Source of the DNA: Dickeya solani IPO 2222
GTDB taxonomy: Bacteria > Pseudomonadota > Gammaproteobacteria > Enterobacterales > Enterobacteriaceae
DNA length: 32,000 nt
NCBI RefSeq assembly: GCF_001644705.1
Contig: NZ_CP015137.1
Location: forward strand, 1,380,001-1,412,000
Direction: 5' to 3'
Part shown: piece after piece, positions 19,314 through 27,587 of the stretch
How the letters are laid out: every line of letters starts with the position of its first letter
Position numbering within the stretch: the stretch's first letter is position 1
Translations under genes and position numbers: made by a program
The notes under the pieces: model-generated
The model's input: only the letters and a program-made list of their open reading frames with translations
Database searches by the model: none
What the model was told of the DNA's origin: nothing

Positions 19314-20210
19314 TCATCCGTGCGTGGCAGGGACATAAACCGAAAAAACCATGTTTGCAGCCAGAAAACGCAGGGCAAAATCAATAAAGCAGTTAAGGGC
19401 GGGTGAATTCAGTTTGCGTCCGGGATAAATCAGATAGAGATCGTTGGTATCCGCCCGCCAACCGGGCAACAGGCAGACCAGTTCGCCACTGTCCAACTGC
19501 TCGCGGCACAGGAACGCCGGCAACAGGGTAATGCCACCGCCGGCCAGCGCGCAGGCTCGGGCATACAGCAAATTATCGGTAATATGCGACTGTGGTAGCC
19601 GCCAGAGGAAATACTCCGCTTCATGGTGAAACCCCCACTCTGGCCAGGCTCGATGCGCAATACAGCGGTGCGACTGCAATTCACACGGGTGCGCGATCGG
19701 CGCAGAACCGGCCAGATACCCGGCCGAAGCGACCAGATAATGCGGCACCTGCCCCAGCGAGCGACCAATCAGGGAAGAATCCTGCGGCTTGCCGGTGCGC
19801 AGCGCGGCGTCAAATCCTTCTTCCACCAGATCGATGACCCGATCGGCAACAATGATCTCCAACGAAACCGCCGGAAAGCGCGATTGAAACTCCGCGGTCA
19901 GGCGCGCCAGCAGGGTGGCCCCCAACCCGGCTGGACTGGTGATCCGCAAACGCCCGCTGGGGTTATCGCGCAAGTGCTGCATCGCCATCTCGGCGCGTTC
20001 ACTGGCTTGCCGCATCTCCCGGCAATGCACCAGATAACGTTCGCCAGCAAAGGTCAGGTTGAGCTTGCGAGTGGTGCGATTAAACAGCCGCAACCCCAAC
20101 GACTGCTCCAGTTGACTGATCCGCAGGCTGAGGCTCGACTTGGCCATGCCCGCCTGTCTGGCGGCTTCGGTAAAACTGCCGCATTCCGCCACCAGCGCAA
20201 ACAGCGCCAT
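19314..20210 (-). CDS. LysR-family transcriptional regulator (N-terminus possibly truncated; see findings)
   Basis: 298 aa, MALFALVAECGSFTEAARQAGMAKSSLSLRISQLEQSLGLRLFNRTTRKLNLTFAGERY is a typical LTTR wHTH, followed by a substrate-binding domain. It is divergent from an oxidoreductase gene, which is the classic LTTR arrangement. Confidence 0.88.
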   Translation of the reverse strand: MALFALVAECGSFTEAARQAGMAKSSLSLRISQLEQSLGLRLFNRTTRKLNLTFAGERYLVHCREMRQASERAEMAMQHLRDNPSGRLRITSPAGLGATLLARLTAEFQSRFPAVSLEIIVADRVIDLVEEGFDAALRTGKPQDSSLIGRSLGQVPHYLVASAGYLAGSAPIAHPCELQSHRCIAHRAWPEWGFHHEAEYFLWRLPQSHITDNLLYARACALAGGGITLLPAFLCREQLDSGELVCLLPGWRADTNDLYLIYPGRKLNSPALNCFIDFALRFLAANMVFSVYVPATHG

Positions 20211-20234
20211 ATCCTGTAGTTATTTGAACATTAT

Positions 20235-20253
20235 TGTTCTTCATAGCCGAACA
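20235..20253. promoter_or_regulatory. Candidate LTTR box (T-N11-A type interrupted palindrome)
   Basis: TGTTC-ttcatagcc-GAACA has 5-bp arms and a 9-bp spacer, and contains a T-N11-A core. It lies in the LysR/oxidoreductase divergent intergenic region. Confidence 0.4.
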
Positions 20254-20341
20254 CTTCGTTAGTGATTGTCCATCTTATCAGCACTATCGACAGGTTCTAC
20301 ACTGTTATGCAGTCCAACACGTAACAATGGAAAAACTCATC

Positions 20342-21343
20342 ATGACAGTAAAAGCGATAGCCGTTGACCCCAAACACCCCGAGAACTTCGTGGAAATCAC
20401 CACCGAATTACCGCAACCCGGCGAGCATGACCTGCTGGTGGCCGTAAAAGCGGTATCGGTTAATCCGGTAGATACCAAAGTTCATGCCGGCTTGCGTCGG
20501 GACGGCCTGCAGCATCCGCGTATTCTTGGCTGGGACGCCAGCGGCGTAGTTATCGAAACCGGCTCAGCAGTGAGTGGTTTTAAACCGGGGGACGAAGTCT
20601 GGTATGCGGGTGATATCACACGCCCTGGCAGCAATAGCACACACCAACTGGTTGATGCGCGTATCGCCGCGCCTAAGCCCGCCACACTGGGCTGGGCTGA
20701 AGCCGCCGCCCTGCCGTTGACGGCGCTGACCGCCTGGGAAGGGTTATTCGAGCATCTAAAAATTCAGCACGCGGCTAAAGGCAAAACGCTGCTGATTATC
20801 GGCGGCGCTGGCGGCGTCGGCTCGCTGGCCATTTCTCTGGCGGCACAGCTCAGCGAGGTGACGATCATCGCTACCGCTTCCCGTCCCGACTCCGCACAAT
20901 GGTGCCGTGACCGGGGCGCTCATCTGGTGGTGGATTACCGTCATCTGGTGGATGAATTGAAAAAGCAGAACATTGAGCAGGTTGATTACATTTTCTGCCT
21001 GAATGATACCGACGGCCACTGGGATGCCATCAGCCGGTTAATCGCACCGCTGGGACACATTTGCACCATCGTGGAAAATACCCAGCCGCTGGACCAGAAC
21101 CAACTCAAGCTGAAAAGCGCTGCGCTACACTGGGAATTCATGTTTACCCGCAGCATGTTTACTACGCCGGACATCGCGCGTCAGGGAGAGATCCTGCACG
21201 AGGTGGCGCAACGGGTGGATAGCGGCGAATTGCAGGGCACCCTCAGCCAGACGTTTAACGGGCTGACGGCGACCACGCTGAAACAAGCGCACGATGCCGT
21301 ACTGGCCGGTCATATGCGCGGCAAAGTGGTGATCACGCTGTAG
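20342..21343 (+). CDS. Zinc-type alcohol dehydrogenase / quinone oxidoreductase family protein (MDR superfamily)
   Basis: Track ORF 20234..21343. The start is taken at the ATG at 20342 (MTVKAIAVDPKHPENFVEITTELPQPGEHDLLVAVKAVSVNPVDTKV...), giving 333 aa, typical for the family. The Rossmann motif is LLIIGGAGGVGSLAISLA. The alternative start is 20327 (MEKLIM...). Neither has a strong SD. Confidence 0.85.
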   Translation: MTVKAIAVDPKHPENFVEITTELPQPGEHDLLVAVKAVSVNPVDTKVHAGLRRDGLQHPRILGWDASGVVIETGSAVSGFKPGDEVWYAGDITRPGSNSTHQLVDARIAAPKPATLGWAEAAALPLTALTAWEGLFEHLKIQHAAKGKTLLIIGGAGGVGSLAISLAAQLSEVTIIATASRPDSAQWCRDRGAHLVVDYRHLVDELKKQNIEQVDYIFCLNDTDGHWDAISRLIAPLGHICTIVENTQPLDQNQLKLKSAALHWEFMFTRSMFTTPDIARQGEILHEVAQRVDSGELQGTLSQTFNGLTATTLKQAHDAVLAGHMRGKVVITL

Positions 21344-21356
21344 CGCCAAATCAGCA

Positions 21357-21388
21357 TAAAAAAAGCCAGCCCGATGGGCTGGCTTTCT
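21357..21388. terminator. Bidirectional rho-independent terminator between the oxidoreductase gene and serA
   Basis: Seven A (21357-21363, overlapping the stem), then AGCCAGCCC (21363-21371), loop gat, GGGCTGGCT (21375-21383), then TTCTC. On the minus strand the stem is followed by TTTTTTT. Confidence 0.8.
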
Positions 21389-21430
21389 CATTAAGCCGAA
21401 TGATCGCTGACAACCGGCTTATCCCCGCAC

Positions 21431-22663
21431 TCAGAACAGCAAACGGGCGCGAATGGTACCGGGGATCGATTTCATCAGTTGCAGCGCCGTGTCGGCGCCG
21501 TCGGTTTCCACATCGATTACCACATAACCGATTTCCGGGCTGGTCTGCAGATACTGCGCCGCAATGTTGATACCCTGCTCGGCAAAAATATGGTTAATCT
21601 GCGTCATGATACCCGGACGGTTTTCATGAATGTGCAGCAGACGGCTGGCGCGATCGCTGTGCGTCGGCAACGACACTTCCGGAAAGTTGACGGCAGACAG
21701 TGTGGAACCATTGTCGGAATACTTCACCAGTTTACCGGCCACTTCATCACCGATGTTCTCCTGCGCTTCTTCAGTAGAGCCGCCGATATGCGGCGTCAGG
21801 AGCACGTTGTCAAACTCGCACAACGGCGACAGGAACGGCTCGCTATTGGTCGCCGGTTCCTGCGGGAACACATCGATAGCCGCGCCGGAGAGATGTTTGC
21901 TGGCAAGCGCATTGCTCAACGCCGGAATGTCCACCACGGTGCCGCGCGACGCGTTGATCAGGATAGAGCCCGGCTTCATCAACGCCAGTTCGTCGGCGCC
22001 GATCATATTCTGGGTACTGTCGGTTTCCGGCACATGCAGACTGACCACATCGCTCATGTTCAGCAGGTCGGACAAATGACGGACCTGTTGGGCGTTGCCC
22101 AGCGGCAATTTGCTTTCGATATCGTAGAAATAAACGTGCATCCCCAGGCTTTCGGCCAGAATACCCAGCTGGATACCGATGTGACCGTAACCAATAATGC
22201 CGAGTTTCTTGCCACGCGCTTCAAAGCAGCCAACCGCCTGTTTGTGCCAGATACCACGGTGAGCTTTGGCGTTGGCGTTCGGAATGCCGCGCAGCAGCAG
22301 CAGCAATTCGCCGATCACCAGTTCGGCCACGGAACGGGTATTGGAAAAAGGTGCGTTGAAGACCGGAATACCGCGTTTGGTCGCAGCCGGCAGTTCAACC
22401 TGATTGGTACCGATGCAGAAACAGCCGACGGCCACCAGTTTCTCGGCGGCGGCAAAAATCTCTTCCGTCAGATGCGTACGCGATCGAATCCCCACAAAGT
22501 GCGCATCACGAATCGATGCTTTCAGCGCTTCCGGGTCAAGCGCCCCCTTATGGTATTCAATATTGGTGTAACCTGCGGCGCGCAGATTCTCCAGCGCGTT
22601 CGGGTGTACCCCTTCCAGCAGCAGAAACTTAATCTTGTCTTTTTCCAGTGATACCTTTGCCAT
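21431..22663 (-). CDS. serA: D-3-phosphoglycerate dehydrogenase
   Basis: 410 aa, MAKVSLEKDKIKFLLLEGVH...GIIGYGHIG.QLG...C-terminal ACT domain...IPGTIRARLLF. Collinear with E. coli SerA. Confidence 0.97.
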   Translation of the reverse strand: MAKVSLEKDKIKFLLLEGVHPNALENLRAAGYTNIEYHKGALDPEALKASIRDAHFVGIRSRTHLTEEIFAAAEKLVAVGCFCIGTNQVELPAATKRGIPVFNAPFSNTRSVAELVIGELLLLLRGIPNANAKAHRGIWHKQAVGCFEARGKKLGIIGYGHIGIQLGILAESLGMHVYFYDIESKLPLGNAQQVRHLSDLLNMSDVVSLHVPETDSTQNMIGADELALMKPGSILINASRGTVVDIPALSNALASKHLSGAAIDVFPQEPATNSEPFLSPLCEFDNVLLTPHIGGSTEEAQENIGDEVAGKLVKYSDNGSTLSAVNFPEVSLPTHSDRASRLLHIHENRPGIMTQINHIFAEQGINIAAQYLQTSPEIGYVVIDVETDGADTALQLMKSIPGTIRARLLF

Positions 22664-22694
22664 TTCCCGACCTTATTTTCAGACTTCAGATATG

Positions 22695-22708
22695 ACGGTT
22701 TGCAAACC
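22695..22708. repeat. Perfect 14-bp palindrome in the serA 5' leader
   Basis: CGGTTTGCAAACCG lies 32-45 nt upstream of the serA ATG (22663). A partial third half-site CTGCAAAC follows at 22713-22720. Confidence 0.85.
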
Positions 22709-22895
22709 GGTCTCTGCAAACATAACAAAAAATACGCAAGCGGCAATACAAACGATTGCCTGCCCGTTTTTTCGCATCACCTCACCCAAACGGTTTCGTG
22801 GCAAAAAATACTGCCAACCACCAGCAGGACCACACAGGGATGATGCGAAATAAGAAAAACTGATATTAAGTACCAAAAATGAGCCGTTAACAATA

Positions 22896-22924
22896 GCCGG
22901 ATTTTTTAGATAAAAAAATCCGGC
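22896..22924 (-). terminator. Probable rpiA terminator stem-loop
   Basis: GCCGGATTTTTT (22896-22907), loop agata, AAAAAATCCGGC (22913-22924). This is a 12-bp stem located 43 nt downstream of the rpiA stop. The U-rich stretch is inside the stem rather than after it. Confidence 0.55.
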
Positions 22925-22966
22925 CGCCGTTAGCGTCACCGGATACTGGCGAGAAACAACAACGAT

Positions 22967-23629
22967 TTATTTCAGGCGAACCGTTTTCACCCCGTCGGAC
23001 GTGCCCACCAGCGCGACGTCAGCACCGCGATTGGCGAACAATCCCACCGTCACCACGCCGGCAAGACCATTGATACGGTCTTCCATCGCCACCGCATCGG
23101 ACAGATCCATGTTGTGCACATCCAGAATGATGTTGCCGTTGTCGGTAATCACGCCGTCACGGTACACCGGCTGCCCGCCCAGCTTGACCAGCTCGCGGGC
23201 CACGTAGGCGCGCGCCATTGGAATCACTTCCACCGGCAGCGGGAAACGTCCCAACACATCTACCTGTTTGGACGCATCGACAATACACACGAACTGACGG
23301 GCGATCGCCGCCACGATCTTTTCCCGGGTCAGCGCCGCGCCGCCGCCCTTGATCATCTGCATGTGCGGGTTGATTTCATCCGCGCCATCCACGTAAACAT
23401 CGAGCACATCCACGTCATTGCAGTCAAAAACCGGGATACCCAGACTTTTGAGCTTGGCGGTGGAAACGTCCGAGCTGGAGACGGCGCCTTCGATCTGATG
23501 CTTGACTGAACCCAGCGCATCAATAAAGTGGGCGGCGGTGGAGCCGGTCCCCACGCCAACAATAGTACCGGGGCGAACATAGTCGAGTGCGGCCCAGCCA
23601 ACGGCTTTTTTCAGTTCATCCTGCGTCAT
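22967..23629 (-). CDS. rpiA: Ribose-5-phosphate isomerase A
   Basis: Track ORF 22967..23734. The start is taken at the ATG at 23629 ([38 protein letters not shown]...), giving 220 aa collinear with E. coli RpiA. Confidence 0.96.
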   Translation of the reverse strand: MTQDELKKAVGWAALDYVRPGTIVGVGTGSTAAHFIDALGSVKHQIEGAVSSSDVSTAKLKSLGIPVFDCNDVDVLDVYVDGADEINPHMQMIKGGGAALTREKIVAAIARQFVCIVDASKQVDVLGRFPLPVEVIPMARAYVARELVKLGGQPVYRDGVITDNGNIILDVHNMDLSDAVAMEDRINGLAGVVTVGLFANRGADVALVGTSDGVKTVRLK

Positions 23630-23824
23630 GGTGTGCTTGTGCCTGTAGCTACGAAAACGTGTGCGTATTATAGGGCATGGCATGCTCAAAAGCAGAGGGT
23701 TGTGCCCTGACCACGGCAATATTTCAGCCACCACACGCGGAGTAAGGCGATTTTTTTCGGCGGTGCATCACAAAAATGTGGCATATTGCCGAAATGGTTT
23801 TTACGCAAAGGAATCTTCACCTTA

Positions 23825-24718
23825 ATGAAACGCCCGGACTATCGCACCCTTCAGGCGCTGGACGCCGTGATCCGTGAGCGAGGCTTTGAGCGCGCCGCAC
23901 AAAAACTCTGTATCACACAGTCCGCCGTCTCGCAGCGTATCAAACAGCTGGAGAACCTGTTCGGTCAGCCGCTGTTGGTGAGAACGATTCCACCGCGTCC
24001 GACCGAGCAAGGGCAGAAACTGCTGGCGTTGCTGCATCAGGTGGAATTACTGGAAGAAGAGTGGCTGGGCAACGAAAATAGCAGCGAAACGCCGCTGTTG
24101 CTGTCACTGGCGGTTAACGCCGACAGTCTGGCAACCTGGCTGCTGCCCGCGTTGCAACCGGTGCTGGTGGATTCGCCGATCCGGCTGAATCTGCAGGTGG
24201 AAGATGAAACCCGCACCCAGGAGCGCCTGCGCCGGGGTGAAGTGGTGGGCGCGGTGAGTATTCAGCCTCAGCCGTTGCCAAGCTGTCTGGTGGATAAACT
24301 GGGCGCGCTGGACTATCTGTTCGTTGCGTCGCCGGGATTTGCCAACCGTTACTTCCCGAATGGCGTGACCCGCTCCGCGTTGCTGCGCGCGCCGGTGGTA
24401 GCGTTCGACCATCTGGATGACATGCATCAGGCGTTTTTGCAGCAGAACTTCGACCTGCCGCCCGGCAGCGTACCCTGCCACATCGTTAACTCGTCCGAAG
24501 CCTTCGTACAGCTCGCCCGTCAGGGCACCACCTGCTGTATGATCCCTCATTTGCAAATCGAAAGAGAGCTGGCCAACGGCGAACTGATCGACCTGACGCC
24601 GGGGCTGTTCCAGCGCCGTATGCTGTACTGGCATCGTTTCGCGCCGGAAAGCCGGATGATGCGGCAGGTCACCGACGCCCTGCTCTCGCACGGGCATCAG
24701 GTTCTGCGCCAGTCCTGA
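23825..24718 (+). CDS. argP: LysR-type regulator ArgP (IciA)
   Basis: Track ORF 23786..24718. The start is taken at the ATG at 23825 ([53 protein letters not shown]...), giving 297 aa, nearly identical to E. coli ArgP. It is divergent from rpiA, as in E. coli. Confidence 0.96.
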   Translation: MKRPDYRTLQALDAVIRERGFERAAQKLCITQSAVSQRIKQLENLFGQPLLVRTIPPRPTEQGQKLLALLHQVELLEEEWLGNENSSETPLLLSLAVNADSLATWLLPALQPVLVDSPIRLNLQVEDETRTQERLRRGEVVGAVSIQPQPLPSCLVDKLGALDYLFVASPGFANRYFPNGVTRSALLRAPVVAFDHLDDMHQAFLQQNFDLPPGSVPCHIVNSSEAFVQLARQGTTCCMIPHLQIERELANGELIDLTPGLFQRRMLYWHRFAPESRMMRQVTDALLSHGHQVLRQS

Positions 24719-24768
24719 CCTAAAAACCGCCGCCCGTTCAATCTGTTTAGGGTCGCGCCGCGCCCGAC

Positions 24769-25497
24769 TCAGGGCGCGCGTTGCAGTTCAAACACCACAT
24801 CCACCTGATCGTCAAAGTGAATGGTCTGTTGTTCGTAAGTCTGAGAAACTTCGCTTTGCGCCACCATATCGGCGGTTTTGAACATGCGGGCAACCGGCAC
24901 AGGCTGATAGTTGGCGACGTGATAGCGGATACTGTAGACAGGCCCTAACGCGGCGTTAAACCCGGTAGCCAGCGACTGCGCCTGCTGCGTCGCCTGCTCT
25001 ATCGCCTTTTTGCGCGCCTGCTCGCGGTAGGCGTCCGGATTGGATACCCCCAGTTCCACCGCCCGGATCTCGTTAAGACCGGACTTGAGTGCGCCGTCCA
25101 GCAATTCGTTGAGTTTGTCCAGTTGGCGTAATGTCACCTCCACCTGACGAATCGCCCGGTAGCCTTTCAGCACCGAACCGCCGTTTTTCAGGTAGTCGTA
25201 CTCCGGCTGCGTGCGCAGGTTGGCGGCGTTAATGTCTTTCTTGTCGATACCGCTTTTATCAAGAAAAGCAAAGTATTGTGCGACCCGTTCATCCACCTGC
25301 TTCTTGGCGTCGGCCACATCCTTGGATGACACGCTGACTTCTATCGCCAGCCGGGCGATATCCGGCGTCGCATCGACGCTGGCGGCGCCGGACGTCACGA
25401 TGTGCGGCCCGCTCGGTAATTCATTGCCTGCCTGAACCGTCATCGACGACAGACCAAGGCCAAGCAGGGTGGTCAGTGCCAGAACTTTCAGCTTCAC
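24769..25497 (-). CDS. yggE: Oxidative stress defence protein YggE (SIMPL/DUF541)
   Basis: Track ORF 24769..25551. The start is taken at the GTG at 25497, preceded by AAAGGGGA. This gives (M)KLKVLALTTLLGLGLSSMTVQAGNELPSGPHIVTSGAASVDA.PDIA.LAIEV..., collinear with E. coli YggE. Confidence 0.9.
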   Translation of the reverse strand: MKLKVLALTTLLGLGLSSMTVQAGNELPSGPHIVTSGAASVDATPDIARLAIEVSVSSKDVADAKKQVDERVAQYFAFLDKSGIDKKDINAANLRTQPEYDYLKNGGSVLKGYRAIRQVEVTLRQLDKLNELLDGALKSGLNEIRAVELGVSNPDAYREQARKKAIEQATQQAQSLATGFNAALGPVYSIRYHVANYQPVPVARMFKTADMVAQSEVSQTYEQQTIHFDDQVDVVFELQRAP

Positions 25498-25563
25498 GTT
25501 ATCCCCTTTGCATGTGAGTGAATGGCAAAGCCTACCTCGGGTAGGCTCCATTCAATATAGGCG

Positions 25564-25617
25564 AATGTCCGAATACCGGTTCGTGTTCAAATACCGATTA
25601 ATGTCAGAATACCGGTT
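25564..25617. repeat. Tandem repeat, 18-bp unit x3, upstream of yggE
   Basis: Units are aatgtccgaataccggtt (25564-25581), cgtgttcaaataccgatt (25582-25599) and aatgtcagaataccggtt (25600-25617). The outer units are 17/18 identical and the middle one about 12/18. Each unit has an ATACCGRTT core containing the ACCGGT palindrome. Confidence 0.9.
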
Positions 25618-25655
25618 AAGTATGACGTAACCGTATGAAAACCGAACGAAGGCGC

Positions 25656-26471
25656 TTACGCCGACGGCGTAAAGCCCAGCTCGTGGGAAATGTTCCGGGC
25701 GGTTTCCTGCAACGGCGCGACCAGCGCGTCAATACCGATCTGCTGCAAACGCGCCATCGACAGCGAAATGGAAACGGCATAAACCACCCGGTGCTGAATA
25801 TCAAACACCGGCGCGGAAATGCAGCAAACGCCCAGTTCATTCTCTTCCCGATCCATTGCCAGCCCCTGGCGACGAATTTCCGCCAGTTCCCGCTCCATGC
25901 CTGGAAGTTCGATGATGGTATTGTCGGTCAGGGGGCGAATGCAGTCCCGATGGGTATGCCAGTATTCGGCCGGGTAGTCATCTGCGCCATAGGCCATGAA
26001 AATCTTGCCCATCGCCGAACTGTGCAGAGACATATGCTGGCCGATATAGGCGCGGGTACGCATCATGCCGGTGGTGGGTTCCAGCTTGTAAATCAGGATC
26101 GCGTGGTCGTCTTCACGCGTTGAAAAATTGACGGTCTCACCCACCGTCAGGTTCAGTTCTTCAAGGTGCGGCGCCGCCACGTGCAACACATTCAGCGACG
26201 AGAGCGCCTTCTGACCGATAGCAATGAACTTGGTGGTCAGGCGATAGCTGCCCGGCTGGCGCGCCGGCGCTACATAGCCGCACCCGGCCAGCCCTTGCAA
26301 CAAACGGTGGACGGTGCTTTTGTTCATACCGGACAACTCGGCAATTCGCGCCAGCGGGCACCCGTTGGGGTAATCGCTCAGTATTTCGATCAACTGCAAA
26401 CCGCGAAACAGGCTTTGACTCCCCAGCGGCTTTTCCGCCTTTCCCTCGTCATCAATGCTACGTTCATTCAT
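25656..26471 (-). CDS. IclR-family transcriptional regulator, closest in my recollection to E. coli YiaJ (PlaR)
   Basis: Track ORF 25656..26588. The start is taken at the ATG at 26471 (MNERSIDDEGKAEKPLGSQSLFRGLQLIEILSDYPNGCPLARIAELSGMNKSTVHRLLQGL..GYV...SYRLTTKFIAIGQKALSSLN...EDDHAILIYKLEPTTGMMRTRAYIGQHM...DREENELGV.CI..PVFD...YAVSISLS), preceded by GAGAGGAAG. The alternative start is 26492. Confidence 0.85.
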   Translation of the reverse strand: MNERSIDDEGKAEKPLGSQSLFRGLQLIEILSDYPNGCPLARIAELSGMNKSTVHRLLQGLAGCGYVAPARQPGSYRLTTKFIAIGQKALSSLNVLHVAAPHLEELNLTVGETVNFSTREDDHAILIYKLEPTTGMMRTRAYIGQHMSLHSSAMGKIFMAYGADDYPAEYWHTHRDCIRPLTDNTIIELPGMERELAEIRRQGLAMDREENELGVCCISAPVFDIQHRVVYAVSISLSMARLQQIGIDALVAPLQETARNISHELGFTPSA

Positions 26472-26611
26472 CACGTCTGATCTTCCTCTCATTACGCCCG
26501 CCAGGACATCAACCTCTGACGGAACGAGGACCATCATGAAACAGCATTTTATGTGATGCAATAGAGGAAACCGCCTCCGCACCGACACAAACGCCGGCCG
26601 GAGGCATGTTG

Positions 26612-27496
26612 TTACAGCGTAGGCGCGCTCTGAGAGCCGGTCTGCGCAGAAGAAGTAGCATGATGCAGGTGCACGTCCATCTGCGGATAGGGAATACCGA
26701 TGCGGTGTTCATCCAGCGCCCGTTTGAAGCTTTCCAGCAGATCCCAGTACACCGCCGCCGCATCGCCGTTGCTGGTCCATACCCGAACCACGAAATTGAG
26801 CGAGGAGGCACCCATTTCATTCAAACGAATGGTGACACCCTTATCATGCTGGATGCGCGTATCCGCCACCACGATGTCTCCCAGCACGGTTTTCACCACA
26901 TCGATATCCGCGTCATACGCCACGCCGACAATAATTTCGGTACGGCGATCCGGCTCACGGGAACTGTTGGTGATATTACCGGCGATAATCTTGCCATTCG
27001 GCACGACGATGACCTTGCCGTCGGCAGTCAGCAACGTGGTAGAAAAAATCTGCACCTGCGTCACCGTTCCGGCTACGCCACCCAGATCCACCGACTCACC
27101 GGTACGAAACGGCCGGAACACCACCAGCAGCACCCCGGCGGCAAAGTTCGACAGTGAGCCTTGCAACGCCAGACCAACCGCCAGGCCGGCGGCGCCCAGT
27201 ACGGCGATAACCGATGCGGTCTGCACCCCGACCCGGCTTAACGCCGCGATCAACGTGAAAGCGATAATGCCGTAGCGCACCAGCGCGGACAGAAAATCCG
27301 CCACCGTGACGTCGATACCGCGAGCCACCATCAGCCGGCTCATTGTGTTCGACATAATACGTGCGACAAGCATACCGACACACAGGATCACCAACGAGGC
27401 GATAAGATTCACCGCATACTGCAGCAAGATATGTTGGTTGTTCACCAGCCATGACTGCAGGCGACCCATGCTTTCGGCTACGTTGAGTTCTTCCAT
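26612..27496 (-). CDS. mscS: Small-conductance mechanosensitive channel MscS
   Basis: 294 aa, MEELNV...[86 protein letters not shown]. Collinear with E. coli MscS, with a slightly longer divergent C-terminal tail. Confidence 0.95.
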   Translation of the reverse strand: MEELNVAESMGRLQSWLVNNQHILLQYAVNLIASLVILCVGMLVARIMSNTMSRLMVARGIDVTVADFLSALVRYGIIAFTLIAALSRVGVQTASVIAVLGAAGLAVGLALQGSLSNFAAGVLLVVFRPFRTGESVDLGGVAGTVTQVQIFSTTLLTADGKVIVVPNGKIIAGNITNSSREPDRRTEIIVGVAYDADIDVVKTVLGDIVVADTRIQHDKGVTIRLNEMGASSLNFVVRVWTSNGDAAAVYWDLLESFKRALDEHRIGIPYPQMDVHLHHATSSAQTGSQSAPTL

Positions 27497-27540
27497 CTGT
27501 TCGCTCCTGTTAGCGTTATTAGCGTCATCTGTGCGCAGAT

Positions 27541-27566
27541 AAAATTAAGGCTCCCGCAGGAGCCTT
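27541..27566 (-). terminator. Rho-independent terminator after fbaA
   Basis: On the minus strand: AAGGCTCC-tgcg-GGAGCCTT (27547-27566) followed by AATTTT. It begins 21 nt after the fbaA stop. Confidence 0.75.
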
Positions 27567-27587
27567 AGTCAAACCATACTGAGAAAA

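Noticed and set aside
21479-22651. 390-aa ORF antisense to serA
   Set aside because: Shadow ORF opposite a near-identical SerA orthologue, with R/Q/H/F-rich composition and no family signature.
26573-26605. GCCTCCG ... CGGAGGC stem after mscS, considered as a terminator
   Set aside because: A 7-bp stem with a 19-nt loop and only a weak T-rich tail is too weak to list as a feature, though it may still contribute to termination.
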